Under the pieces are notes generated by a model. The model did no database searches, was not told the origin of the DNA, and saw nothing but the letters and a program-made list of their open reading frames with translations. DNA of 64,000 nt from the IMG/VR virus record IMGVR_UViG_3300008108_005860; one strand, given 5' to 3'. Made by a program: the position numbers and the translations under genes. Below are positions 8,792 through 18,046 of the stretch, in pieces. The stretch's first letter is position 1. Every line of letters starts with the position of its first letter. Origin of the DNA: an uncultured virus (IMG/VR IMGVR_UViG_3300008108_005860) (Duplodnaviria > Heunggongvirae > Uroviricota > Caudoviricetes).

Positions 8792-9958
8792 ATGAAAGAA
8801 ATAACACAGGCCGCACTGCGCATCGACGGACAACCTATGTTTAGGGTGTTGGATCGCGCACGTCGCTTAGAAGCCCAAGGCCAAGACATCATACATTTGG
8901 AGATAGGCGATCCAGACTTTGGTACACCTACCAATGTCACTGACGCGGCCATAGAAAGTCTACGTGCTGGGCACACTCACTATACCAGCAGTTATGGACT
9001 GCCAGAGTTCAGAGAAGCCATTCGTTTTGCCACACAACGCAGTCGAGGCTTTGAACCTGACTTGTCGCAGGTGTTGGTCACGCCCGGTGCCAACACACAG
9101 ATATATTATGCTGTCATGTGCTTGGTTGAACCCGGCATGGAAGTGATCGTGCCCGATCCAGGATTCAGTACCTACTACAGTGTGATAAAGATGCTGGGTG
9201 CCAAGGCTGTGCCAGTGAGATTGAAAGAAGAAAATCAGTTTCGCATGGATCCCAAAGATATTGAAGCAGCCATAACCGATCGTACTAGATTGATCATTAT
9301 CAACACACCGCACAATCCCACTGGATCGGTCATGACACAACAAGAAGTTCGCGCAGTCTATGACATAGCGGTCGGCAACGATGTGTATCTCTACAGCGAT
9401 GAGATCTATGCACGTATGAGTTATGGTGATGTGTTTTACAGTCCCAGTGTATATGATCAGTGCCGCGAACACGTGATACTCAGCAACGGATTTAGCAAAA
9501 GTTTTGCCATGACCGGCTGGCGGCTAGGCACACTGGTTGGCCCAGAAGTAGTAGTAGAACGCATGGCGGCACTGTTACAAACTGTGGCCAGTTGCGTACA
9601 ACCATTTATCCAACGTGCTGGTATTCGTGCCATCAACGGAGACCAAAGTGAAGTTGCTGCCATGATGCAGGAGTATCGTGCTCGCAGAGATCTACTGGTT
9701 GCGGGCTTGAACAGCGTACCGGGATTCAATTGTCTCACACCCGATGGCGCATTTTATGTATTCCCTAATATCAAAGCCACTGGCATGACCAGTGATGCAT
9801 TGGCAGAGTATCTGTTGGAGGATGCCGGAGTAGCACTATTGCCTGGCACTTGTTTTGGTGCCAACAGCGAAGGTTATCTAAGACTGTGTTATGCCAACAG
9901 CAAAGCCAACATACGAGAAGCACTGCAACGTATCAATACATCCATGAGGAAATTATGA
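8792..9958 (+). CDS. PLP-dependent aminotransferase class I/II
   Basis: IGDPDF, NTPHNPTG, SDEIY, GFSKSFAMTGWRLG, GAFYVF. Confidence 0.9.
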   Translation: MKEITQAALRIDGQPMFRVLDRARRLEAQGQDIIHLEIGDPDFGTPTNVTDAAIESLRAGHTHYTSSYGLPEFREAIRFATQRSRGFEPDLSQVLVTPGANTQIYYAVMCLVEPGMEVIVPDPGFSTYYSVIKMLGAKAVPVRLKEENQFRMDPKDIEAAITDRTRLIIINTPHNPTGSVMTQQEVRAVYDIAVGNDVYLYSDEIYARMSYGDVFYSPSVYDQCREHVILSNGFSKSFAMTGWRLGTLVGPEVVVERMAALLQTVASCVQPFIQRAGIRAINGDQSEVAAMMQEYRARRDLLVAGLNSVPGFNCLTPDGAFYVFPNIKATGMTSDALAEYLLEDAGVALLPGTCFGANSEGYLRLCYANSKANIREALQRINTSMRKL

Positions 9959-11274
9959 AAGAAATACTAGATCAAGTCAAACACTACATCGATCAAAAAC
10001 AAGCAGCCAAGACCTGGGTGGCAGGTCGGGACTTTGTGAACTATGCTGGCGCATACTACGACAGCCAAGAGTTTGTGGCCGGAGTTGAATCACTGCTGTC
10101 TGGGTGGTTGGCCATGGGCGGCAAGGGCCTAGAATTTGAACGAGCCTTTCCGCAATACTTTGGCAAGAATCTTGGCATCGTGACCAACTCGGGTTCTTCC
10201 AGCAATCTCTTGATGATGTCATCGTTGACCAGCAAGCGTGGCCATCACTTGCCACGTGGAACCAAGGTATTGATTCCTATAGCAGGATTTCCAACCACAC
10301 TCAATCCCACGCTACAGGTAGGATTTGAACCTGTGTTTGTTGACATCGAATTAGATACACTGAATTTGGATCTAGCACAGGTTGAGCAGACTTTAGAAAA
10401 AAATCCCGACATCCGTGTGATCACATTTGCCCACGTGCTGGGCAATCCACCAGACATGGATAGACTCATGCAGATAGTCAAGCATCACAATCTCATACTG
10501 TTAGAAGACTGCTGTGACGCATTGGGCTCTACCTATGATGATCAACCCTTGGGATCTTATGGACTCATGGCCTCCTGTAGTTTTTATCCAGCACATCATA
10601 TGACCATGGGCGAAGGTGGCTTTGTGGCCACGTCAGATGTGAATCAAGATGTGATCCTGCGCAGTTTACGCGAATGGGGTCGCGGTTGTTACTGTGTTGG
10701 TCCCGAGGCCAACAAACTCAAATGTGGCACTTGCGGCAAACGATTCTCAGAGTGGGTACCTTGCATGGCCGGAGAGATCTTTGATCACAAGTATGTTTAC
10801 GATGAAATCGGTTACAATCTCAAGCCCATTGAATTACAATGTGCCATGGGACTGCAACAGTTGAACAAACTGCCAGAGATACATCAACTGCGTCGTCGCA
10901 ATTATCAACTGCTGTTTGATATCTATCAACCCTACGAAGAGTTCTTCCACTTGCCACGTGCTCGTGCCAAAAGCAATCCCAGCTGGTTTGCATTTCCCAT
11001 AACCATTCGCAAAGATGCGCCTTTCAAACGCACCGACATCGTAGACTACTTGGAAGATAACCTGATCCAGACTCGGCCTTACTTTGCAGGCAATGTCATG
11101 CTGCAACCTGCTTATAGCCACTTGATGGATCCTGTTAGGGCCAGGGACGACTTTCCCAATGCCACACAGGCCATGACCAACACCTACTTCCACGGCACGT
11201 CACCTGTGATCACTCCCGAGCAGATTGCCTACATTGGTGAAAAGGTCCAAGGATTCCTTAGTTTATACGCCTAA
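9955..11274 (+). CDS. rfbH: NDP-4-keto-6-deoxyglucose 3-dehydratase (RfbH/E1, DegT family)
   Basis: NSGSSSNL, EDCCDALGS, SFYPAHHMTMGEGG (His in place of the PLP Lys), Cys-rich WGRGCYC...CGTC Fe-S segment, DHKYVY. Confidence 0.88.
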   Translation: MKEILDQVKHYIDQKQAAKTWVAGRDFVNYAGAYYDSQEFVAGVESLLSGWLAMGGKGLEFERAFPQYFGKNLGIVTNSGSSSNLLMMSSLTSKRGHHLPRGTKVLIPIAGFPTTLNPTLQVGFEPVFVDIELDTLNLDLAQVEQTLEKNPDIRVITFAHVLGNPPDMDRLMQIVKHHNLILLEDCCDALGSTYDDQPLGSYGLMASCSFYPAHHMTMGEGGFVATSDVNQDVILRSLREWGRGCYCVGPEANKLKCGTCGKRFSEWVPCMAGEIFDHKYVYDEIGYNLKPIELQCAMGLQQLNKLPEIHQLRRRNYQLLFDIYQPYEEFFHLPRARAKSNPSWFAFPITIRKDAPFKRTDIVDYLEDNLIQTRPYFAGNVMLQPAYSHLMDPVRARDDFPNATQAMTNTYFHGTSPVITPEQIAYIGEKVQGFLSLYA

Positions 11275-11289
11275 GACCTGTGTAAAATA

Positions 11290-11344
11290 GTGTTGTTTTT
11301 ACGCAACACCCAAAGTTGACCAAAAACTCCAGATCTGCTATACT
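11290..11344 (+). promoter_or_regulatory. strong sigma70-type (early) promoter with upstream palindrome
   Basis: TTGACC 11316-11321, 17 nt, extended TG-N-TATACT 11336-11344; GTGTTG-N8-CAACAC at 11290-11309. Confidence 0.8.
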
Positions 11345-11376
11345 ATGGGTATAGTAAATAAAAAGGAGCCAACAAA

Positions 11377-11763
11377 ATGCCTTCAACTCAAGAACTTGTG
11401 CTAGACTTGCAGTTTGAATCGTTTGACGTTAACGAAGCCGCAGAGAACTGGAATATGGACAGCCAGAAAGACTGGCAGGTGTTCAACAATTTCCTGGTAG
11501 CAGATGCCACAGAGTACGAAGAAGCCATGCAGGGTTACTTTGACTTCTATGAAACCACCGAGGATGAGTTCACAGCATTTTCCTCTGGAGTTGAGTATGC
11601 CGTAGCCAAGATGAACTCTGCATTACAGGCCGCGGGTTCAGATCTCATCATCAAGTATTGTGACCTTGTGGACGGTGGTGGCTTCATACTTTCTAACCAA
11701 GGTATGTCAGAGCGTGCCTGGGCCAAAGCAGCCTTCTCAAAGAAAACCCGGAAGTTTGGCTAA
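11377..11763 (+). CDS. acidic hypothetical protein
   Basis: AAGGAG RBS, first gene after the promoter. Confidence 0.75.
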   Translation: MPSTQELVLDLQFESFDVNEAAENWNMDSQKDWQVFNNFLVADATEYEEAMQGYFDFYETTEDEFTAFSSGVEYAVAKMNSALQAAGSDLIIKYCDLVDGGGFILSNQGMSERAWAKAAFSKKTRKFG

Positions 11764-11788
11764 TTTCAAATATCAATCAGGAGATCAA

Positions 11789-12052
11789 ATGTCCGCTTTA
11801 CAAGTTTACCTAGTGCATAAAAATCGTTATCGCGCAATCTTTGGCAGTCCTGCTCTCAGTCTCGACTCAGCACAGGACCGTCAATCTTTGGCTGATAGCA
11901 TTGACGCCGAACTGTCGCCCGAGAACTTGACCTGCGATGGCGAACTGCCGCGCGAATCAGTGGCCAGTCGTTATCGCACACTGACAACAGTGGCTCGTGA
12001 ACTGCAGAAGTTAGACCCTGCCGTAAAGTTCTACGAGTACGACGGCGCCTAA
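11789..12052 (+). CDS. hypothetical phage protein
   Basis: AGGAG RBS, ATG 11789; LSPENLTCDGEL motif. Confidence 0.75.
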   Translation: MSALQVYLVHKNRYRAIFGSPALSLDSAQDRQSLADSIDAELSPENLTCDGELPRESVASRYRTLTTVARELQKLDPAVKFYEYDGA

Positions 12053-12065
12053 GTCGGAGACATCA

Positions 12066-12173
12066 ATGTTTTTAAAAATGGTGAAATTTCTTGTGCTGTT
12101 ACCATTTGCCGTGATTGTGGCATTTTTGATACTGACAGTGGGTTTTTGGTTTTTTGTACTTTTATTCAGTTGA
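12066..12173 (+). CDS. small single-TM peptide (35 aa; not in ORF track)
   Basis: GGAG RBS; MFLKMVKFLVLLPFAVIVAFLILTVGFWFFVLLFS. Confidence 0.55.
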   Translation: MFLKMVKFLVLLPFAVIVAFLILTVGFWFFVLLFS

Positions 12174-12198
12174 CTGAAAAATCAACAATCGTTATACT
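12170..12198 (+). promoter_or_regulatory. sigma70-type promoter
   Basis: TTGACT 12170-12175, 17 nt, TATACT 12193-12198. Confidence 0.78.
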
Positions 12199-12231
12199 AG
12201 CATTTCAACCGTAACTTGATAGGAGTAGTGT

Positions 12232-13323
12232 ATGTCCGAAGCCCGTACCGTAACCAGTAAGCAAGCCCGCAAGAGTATCCTGCGGTGCTTTAAATCCAAG
12301 CGCCCACTGTTCTTGTGGGGTCCTCCAGGCATTGGCAAGTCTGAACTGGTGGAGAACATTGCCACTGAGATGAATGGCTATATGATTGACCTGCGCCTGG
12401 CGCAGATGGAGCCCACCGACTTGCGTGGCATTCCGTTTTACAACAAAGACTTGAACAAGATGGACTGGGCCGCGCCCGTGGACCTGCCCGACGAAGAATT
12501 GGCCAGCCAGTATCCCATCGTTATCTTGTTCTTGGACGAGATGAACTCGGCCGCTCCGTCGGTACAGGCCGCGGCATATCAGTTGACACTTAACCGTCGC
12601 ATTGGCAAGTATCGACTGCCCGACAATGTGGTAATCGTGGCCGCTGGTAACCGTGACTCAGACAAGGGCGTGACTTATCGTATGCCCACGCCCTTGGCCA
12701 ATCGCTTTATCCACCAGGAAATGAAAGTGGATTTCAACTCCTGGCAAGAGTGGGCTGTGCTGAATCGCATCCACAAAGACGTGGTAGGTTACCTGAGTTT
12801 TGCCAAGGGCGACTTGTACGACTTTGATGCTAAATCGGCATCACGCTCGTTTGCTACACCGCGTTCCTGGACCTTTGTGAGCCAATTGCTGGACGACGAA
12901 GAAGATGATGACACGCTGATGAATCTCATCGCTGGTACTGTGGGCGAGGGCTTGGCTGTGAAGTTTATGGCTCACCGCAAAGTATCTGCCAAGATGCCCC
13001 AGCCTGAAGACATCCTAGACGGCAAAGTCAAGGATCTGCAGGTGAAGGAAGTGTCGGCAATGTACAGTTTGGTTACCAGTCTCTGCTATGAACTCAAAGA
13101 GGGCCTTGGCCGTGCCAAAGACTCCAAGAGCAAAGAAGAGTGGAACAAAAAGGTCGATAACTTCTTGGGCTATATGATGGCGAACTTTGAAACAGAGCTC
13201 ACTGTCATGGGTGCTCGTGTGGCATTGACTGTGTACGAACTGCCCTTTGAAACTACCAAACTCAAGAACTTTGACGAGTTCTACAAGAAGTTTGGCAAGT
13301 ACATCCTCCAGGCAGCCAACTAA
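12232..13323 (+). CDS. MoxR-like AAA+ ATPase
   Basis: Walker A GPPGIGKS, Walker B LFLDE, AAGNR, LANRF, TPRSW. Confidence 0.9.
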   Translation: MSEARTVTSKQARKSILRCFKSKRPLFLWGPPGIGKSELVENIATEMNGYMIDLRLAQMEPTDLRGIPFYNKDLNKMDWAAPVDLPDEELASQYPIVILFLDEMNSAAPSVQAAAYQLTLNRRIGKYRLPDNVVIVAAGNRDSDKGVTYRMPTPLANRFIHQEMKVDFNSWQEWAVLNRIHKDVVGYLSFAKGDLYDFDAKSASRSFATPRSWTFVSQLLDDEEDDDTLMNLIAGTVGEGLAVKFMAHRKVSAKMPQPEDILDGKVKDLQVKEVSAMYSLVTSLCYELKEGLGRAKDSKSKEEWNKKVDNFLGYMMANFETELTVMGARVALTVYELPFETTKLKNFDEFYKKFGKYILQAAN

Positions 13324-13331
13324 AAGGCTCA

Positions 13332-13378
13332 GGGAGCGGGTGCCTGCTCGGACACAGGCTGTTACGAAACCCGCTCCC
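13332..13378 (+). other. GC-rich nested stem-loop after the AAA gene
   Basis: GGGAGCGGGT/ACCCGCTCCC 10-bp stem enclosing a GCCTG/CAGGC inner stem; no U-tract. Confidence 0.6.
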
Positions 13379-13388
13379 ACCTCTCGCT

Positions 13389-13727
13389 ATGATCATTTTC
13401 AAACTACAAGCCTTAGACCGTAGACATTCTGGAAATCATATCTACGGTTATCGTGCTGAGCGACTGCACCAGCGCAATCCCATAGAAGGTAGAGCCAGTA
13501 TGAAATGCTTTGCCGAAGCCAGGGCTTACCTTTGGCAGGCCTTTGGCTGGAGTGCCGATCTTGATGAAATGTTTGCGGTGTATGGCAACGATGACAAACC
13601 GGTATGGTGCTGGCGTACCAACCATCTATCGGGACATTACATCTACCTTAAATCGCCCAAAGAGATCAGTGTATTCTTGCTTAAATATGCAGAGCAGACC
13701 CAGGTTGACCCAAAAATCAAATTCTAA
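13389..13727 (+). CDS. hypothetical protein
   Basis: ORF between the AAA and vWA genes. Confidence 0.7.
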   Translation: MIIFKLQALDRRHSGNHIYGYRAERLHQRNPIEGRASMKCFAEARAYLWQAFGWSADLDEMFAVYGNDDKPVWCWRTNHLSGHYIYLKSPKEISVFLLKYAEQTQVDPKIKF

Positions 13728-13733
13728 TATAAT
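13705..13733 (+). promoter_or_regulatory. sigma70-type promoter
   Basis: TTGACC 13705-13710, 17 nt, TATAAT 13728-13733. Confidence 0.8.
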
Positions 13734-13756
13734 AATAGAAATACTTAGGAGTCTAT

Positions 13757-15034
13757 ATGTCCACAGCAACTACAGAAAATAAAAAACAAAAGTTCGCTAA
13801 TCTCTTGGGTCCTACAGATAGGGCCTTGGATGTCAAGATCCGTGAAAAACTCATTACCGGCCGCGTGGGCCTGTTGATCAAGCAACCTTTCTTTGGTAAC
13901 CTGGCTACTCGTCTCAAACTGACCAATGCCGACGAATGGTGTAGCACTGCCGCTACCGACGGCAGGAATTTTTACTACAACAGCCGTTTCATCGATATGC
14001 TCAAGCCCAAGGAAGTAGAGTTCTTGTTTGGCCACGAAGTGCTCCATTGCTGTTATGATCACTTTGGGCGACGTGGCGAGCGTGATGCTCAACTGTTCAA
14101 CATCGCCAATGACTATGCTGTCAATGCTGACTTGAAGAAACACCGCGTGGGCGAGATGATTACCACGGTACCTGCCTTGTACGACTCCAAGTTTGAAGGT
14201 TGGTCATCGGAGCAGATCTATGACTATCTGTACGAGAATGCTGAAAAGATCAGTCTAAATGATTTGCTGGACAAACTCATCGACGAACACTTGGACGGCG
14301 ACGACGACGATGGCGAAAGTGAAGGCAACAGCGACGGCAAAGGCAACAAAGGCCGTCCACGGCTCAGCGAAGAAGAGCGTCAAAAGATACGTGACGAGAT
14401 GAAAGAAGCCATGATAAATGCGGCCAATCAGGCCGGCGCTGGCAACATTCCCGCAGGCGTGGCTCGTATGATCAAGGACATCACTGAGCCCAAGATGAAC
14501 TGGCGCGAACTGCTTCGTATGCAATTACAGAGCACTATCAAGACCGACTTTACCTGGATGCGTCCCAGCCGGCGTGGTTGGGATATGGACGCTGTGATGC
14601 CAGGTATGCGCAACGAAGACGCCATTGATATTGCTGTGTTCATTGATGCGTCAGGATCCATTGGCGACAAGATGCTCAAAGACTTCTTGGGCGAGATCCA
14701 AGGCATCATGGAATCCTTTGAAAGTTATAAAATCCACGTGGTCACTTTTGATACTCACTGCTACAATCCTGTTACCTATAATTCCGATAATTTGGATGAC
14801 ATTTGTGACTATGATGTCAAGGGTGGTGGTGGCACAGACTTTACCTGTATCTTTGATTATCTCAAGGACTCGGCTGTGGAGCCCAAGAAACTGGTGGTGT
14901 TCACAGACGGATTGCCTTTTGGTTCCTGGGGTGATCCCAACTACTGCGACACAGTTTGGATCATTCATAGCAATCCCGGATGCCAAGCGCCCTTTGGTCT
15001 CTCTGCAGAGTATGACAAACAGGATAAACATTAA
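13757..15034 (+). CDS. HExxH metallopeptidase-like + vWA domain protein (DUF2201-like), partner of the MoxR ATPase
   Basis: TAATDG, HEVLH, NIANDY; C-terminal IDASGSI MIDAS, GGGGTDF, VFTDG. Confidence 0.88.
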   Translation: MSTATTENKKQKFANLLGPTDRALDVKIREKLITGRVGLLIKQPFFGNLATRLKLTNADEWCSTAATDGRNFYYNSRFIDMLKPKEVEFLFGHEVLHCCYDHFGRRGERDAQLFNIANDYAVNADLKKHRVGEMITTVPALYDSKFEGWSSEQIYDYLYENAEKISLNDLLDKLIDEHLDGDDDDGESEGNSDGKGNKGRPRLSEEERQKIRDEMKEAMINAANQAGAGNIPAGVARMIKDITEPKMNWRELLRMQLQSTIKTDFTWMRPSRRGWDMDAVMPGMRNEDAIDIAVFIDASGSIGDKMLKDFLGEIQGIMESFESYKIHVVTFDTHCYNPVTYNSDNLDDICDYDVKGGGGTDFTCIFDYLKDSAVEPKKLVVFTDGLPFGSWGDPNYCDTVWIIHSNPGCQAPFGLSAEYDKQDKH

Positions 15035-15284
15035 ACCCCAGGATTGGTTTGACACCCGGGAGCTGTCATGGGCTCCTGGTCATTTTACCCGCTGTCCGCA
15101 GACAGTATCCAAAAGTGCCCGAGTCCAACGCTGGATCGTTGAAAACACCCAGGGACGCTATGCTTTCCACGTGTGGGTAGAGCAGTTGCCCAAGGTAGTG
15201 TCTCGAGAGTGCGTGAGTTTTGAAGATCCGCAAGAAGCCCTGCTATTCTCCCTCTGGCACCAGCAAGAACCCGATCTGTTTTAA
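15012..15284 (+). CDS. hypothetical protein (MTNRINIKPQDWF...)
   Basis: ATG 15012 overlaps the end of the vWA gene; SFEDPQEALLFSL C-terminus. Confidence 0.65.
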   Translation: MTNRINIKPQDWFDTRELSWAPGHFTRCPQTVSKSARVQRWIVENTQGRYAFHVWVEQLPKVVSRECVSFEDPQEALLFSLWHQQEPDLF

Positions 15285-15327
15285 CCAAAAAATCTAAGCA
15301 TAAAATTTCCATACAGTAAATATCTGT

Positions 15328-15552
15328 ATGGAAAATCCTTCATTCTCTGTCAATGACTTGCTGTTCATTAAAAATCTCATTGAGGTTATAAATCGTCGCG
15401 GCGGGTTCCAGCCAGCCGAAATGGTGGCCGTGGGCGAGTTCTACAATCGTGTTAGTGCTTTCTATGATTACAGCGTACAGCAGATGCAACAATCCCCGTC
15501 AGACAAGGATATCCCAGCAACAACTACCGGCCCCGAGCCAAAGGAGAAATAA
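15328..15552 (+). CDS. hypothetical phage protein
   Basis: preceded by TAAATA (15317-15322); RGGFQPAEMVAVG motif. Confidence 0.75.
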   Translation: MENPSFSVNDLLFIKNLIEVINRRGGFQPAEMVAVGEFYNRVSAFYDYSVQQMQQSPSDKDIPATTTGPEPKEK

Positions 15553-16233
15553 ATGGCATTTTTAAAACACATCGGTAAACACGGCGACAAGCGAGTCGTC
15601 ATTGTTTTTAAAACCGTACCCAACGAAGATCATATGTGTTTGGTTATCTACCCAGACGTGTTGCCTGTCAGTTTCCATGACAGCATCATGAAACTGCTGG
15701 AAAGCGAAGTAGGACAGCAGGCCACTGACTTCAGCGAAGCATTACATCGTAATCTTTTGCCCGATGGACGCGGAATACTCACAGCCATCCACCAAGAAGG
15801 TTTCTTGAAAAAGATCAACACCAATCAAGTCATCGTCACACCCACACCTACCAGCAGTGTTCGCTTGGATGAACTAAACAAAATCTTGACCGAGATGGCG
15901 CAAGGCGAAGATGCGGTCAAGCGTTTGGCTGAATTGGACAAGCAACAAGGTCTGCAAGTGCCCACTGCTAAACAATATCGTCCCACCGACGTTCCAGCAG
16001 GATCGGATCGTGCAAAAGCACTACAGGCATCAGGACAAGATGCATTAGATGACGGCAGTATCAGTAAAGGACTGCGTGATCAAGCTGCAAAAATGGCTCT
16101 GGAGGCAAAACAACTATTGGCTGAAAGCGATCGTCTTCTCAAAGAAGCGGCTGCTATGGGCGCAGGTGTAGCACCTGCGGCTGAAAAACGAGGCCGTGGT
16201 CGTCCTGCCAAGAGTGCCGCGAATGCTGGGTAA
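15553..16233 (+). CDS. hypothetical protein with C-terminal AT-hook
   Basis: AAGGAG RBS; ends in KRGRGRPAK. Confidence 0.8.
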   Translation: MAFLKHIGKHGDKRVVIVFKTVPNEDHMCLVIYPDVLPVSFHDSIMKLLESEVGQQATDFSEALHRNLLPDGRGILTAIHQEGFLKKINTNQVIVTPTPTSSVRLDELNKILTEMAQGEDAVKRLAELDKQQGLQVPTAKQYRPTDVPAGSDRAKALQASGQDALDDGSISKGLRDQAAKMALEAKQLLAESDRLLKEAAAMGAGVAPAAEKRGRGRPAKSAANAG

Positions 16234-16555
16234 AACTGTTGATATAAATCTAGATTGCGATCATTGGGAAGAAATTGTAGAGGCCGTCGACAAGACCGAT
16301 GTGCCTGTACAGTGTCTCAAGAGACTGACAATCAAATTAGAAAACGGCAGGCGCCGGCAGATCAGCATCACTAAACTGAGAAAACAAGGTATGCCGGAAG
16401 AACAGATCCAGATCATAATCAATCATACCTTGGAAATGATGGCAGCCGAAATCAAAAGCATTGATTTTATAGTAGATGTTGAATCTGTGGCCAAGATGGT
16501 GAAACCTTACAGCAAAGAACTGCTGGATAAGATATCAATCAAAGGTCGTGCATGA
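16223..16555 (+). CDS. hypothetical protein
   Basis: ATG 16223; coupled to thyX by ATGA overlap. Confidence 0.7.
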   Translation: MLGKTVDINLDCDHWEEIVEAVDKTDVPVQCLKRLTIKLENGRRRQISITKLRKQGMPEEQIQIIINHTLEMMAAEIKSIDFIVDVESVAKMVKPYSKELLDKISIKGRA

Positions 16556-17232
16556 ATGTTCGTTTGCTATCCTACAGCCAACCCACAGGTGAATATCGAG
16601 ATCTGGGTATCGCAGATGCGCAGGAACTCATTGCGTATTGCGCCCGTGTCAGCAATCCTTCCAATCAACTCAACAGCGAAACATCAGAGAAACTCATCAG
16701 ATACTTGGTCAAGCACCAACACTGGTCGCCACTGGAAATGGTGTCAGCCTGTTGCGAAATCACCACCACAAGAGATATCGCAAGACAGATACTTAGACAC
16801 AGAAGTTTCTCATTCCAAGAGTTTAGCCAGCGATATGCTGACCCTACTCGAGACCTCAGTTTCGTTCGTAGAGAAGCAAGACTGCAAGATACAAAAAATC
16901 GACAAAACAGCATCGCACTTGACACCAATGATGCCAAGCATCGAGAACTGGAACGTGAGTGGCAGGACCAACAACGGGAAGTCATACGAGCCGCACGAAA
17001 CGCCTACAGCTGGGCTGTCACTAACGGCATAGCCAAAGAACAGGCCCGTGCCGTGCTACCCGAAGGCCTGACCGAAAGTAGGCTGTACATGAACGGCACC
17101 TTGCGTTCATGGATACACTTTATTGAACTACGCTCGGGACATGGCACACAGTTAGAACATCAGCAGGTGGCCCGAGCCTGCGCAGAAGTCATCGCTACAG
17201 TATTTCCCTTGACACATGAGTTCGTCAACTGA
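16552..17232 (+). CDS. thyX: FAD-dependent thymidylate synthase
   Basis: HWSPLEM, RQILRHRSFSFQEFSQRY signature, AKEQARAVLP, NGTLRSWIHF. Confidence 0.95.
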   Translation: MNVRLLSYSQPTGEYRDLGIADAQELIAYCARVSNPSNQLNSETSEKLIRYLVKHQHWSPLEMVSACCEITTTRDIARQILRHRSFSFQEFSQRYADPTRDLSFVRREARLQDTKNRQNSIALDTNDAKHRELEREWQDQQREVIRAARNAYSWAVTNGIAKEQARAVLPEGLTESRLYMNGTLRSWIHFIELRSGHGTQLEHQQVARACAEVIATVFPLTHEFVN

Positions 17233-17482
17233 CCTTCATACCTATACTGTGTTTGAATGTTCAATAGGTGATGTAGAAGATCCTGATATCTATGCGGCAC
17301 AACCCATGTACGAATGGCAACAGACCGACGCAGGCAAGTGGGTCATGGAGAATGCTGCGGAAACTCCCAGTTATCACATCGGTGCCGATTACAACACCTA
17401 TGGTTATCGCTGTAGCATTCGTGCCAGTTTTGCAGAACGTCAAGCAGTAGAATACTGCTTACGATTCGTCAAAGAGAAATAG
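17216..17482 (+). CDS. hypothetical phage protein
   Basis: GDVEDPDIYAAQP...GKWVMENA; last + strand gene, 3' end overlaps the convergent gene. Confidence 0.75.
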   Translation: MSSSTDLHTYTVFECSIGDVEDPDIYAAQPMYEWQQTDAGKWVMENAAETPSYHIGADYNTYGYRCSIRASFAERQAVEYCLRFVKEK

Positions 17483-18046
17483 ATCCACCGGCACACATAG
17501 CCTTAGCGTTCCTGCATAAGGCATCACAAAATGGTACAAGAAACTGGGAAATATGTAAACATCGCCAGTTCGAGGCTGTATGCGAGTATAATCAAATTGT
17601 TTTTGTTTTTGTTTATTATCATAGCCTCGATTGGCGTTAGATCTAGGATCGCAGAATATCAACTGTCCTCCTTGGGTGGATTCTTCGGCCAACAGATAAA
17701 ACACACCACTGTAATGACTACCACTGTGATTGTGCAGGATCAAATGATAATTTCCTTGATTTCCAGTAAGCCATGATTTAAACTTATAGGTTTGGAAGTC
17801 TGTGATATGTTTGTCAATGGTATCTACAAGATACTGATCAAAAGCAGGATATACTTCTTGATCGATCCATTGATCAAGTTCAGGTAGATTGAGATCCAAG
17901 ATGTTCTCCTCATAAATTTCTTCGGTTGGCTTGGCAAAATCTACATTGACCATCAGCGCATCCACTACCTGCTGACGTATGTGATCATTCTTCATGGTTG
18001 TATACTGCACAGGTGTTGGATACAGTAGATTCATTCCTGGATTCAT
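17459..18046 (-). CDS. 2OG-Fe(II) oxygenase-like protein
   Basis: HNH...SGVFY...LIFCDPR...GDVYIFPSFLYHFV...R double-stranded beta-helix signature. Confidence 0.82.
   Translation of the reverse strand: MNPGMNLLYPTPVQYTTMKNDHIRQQVVDALMVNVDFAKPTEEIYEENILDLNLPELDQWIDQEVYPAFDQYLVDTIDKHITDFQTYKFKSWLTGNQGNYHLILHNHSGSHYSGVFYLLAEESTQGGQLIFCDPRSNANRGYDNKQKQKQFDYTRIQPRTGDVYIFPSFLYHFVMPYAGTLRLCVPVDLFLFDES

Noticed and set aside
14625..15011. 5' extension of the 14625-15284 ORF (likewise 9850, 11660, 1828, 19420 and 26970 starts)
   Set aside because: Long overlaps with neighbouring genes or better-supported downstream ATGs with coupling, RBS or promoter motif
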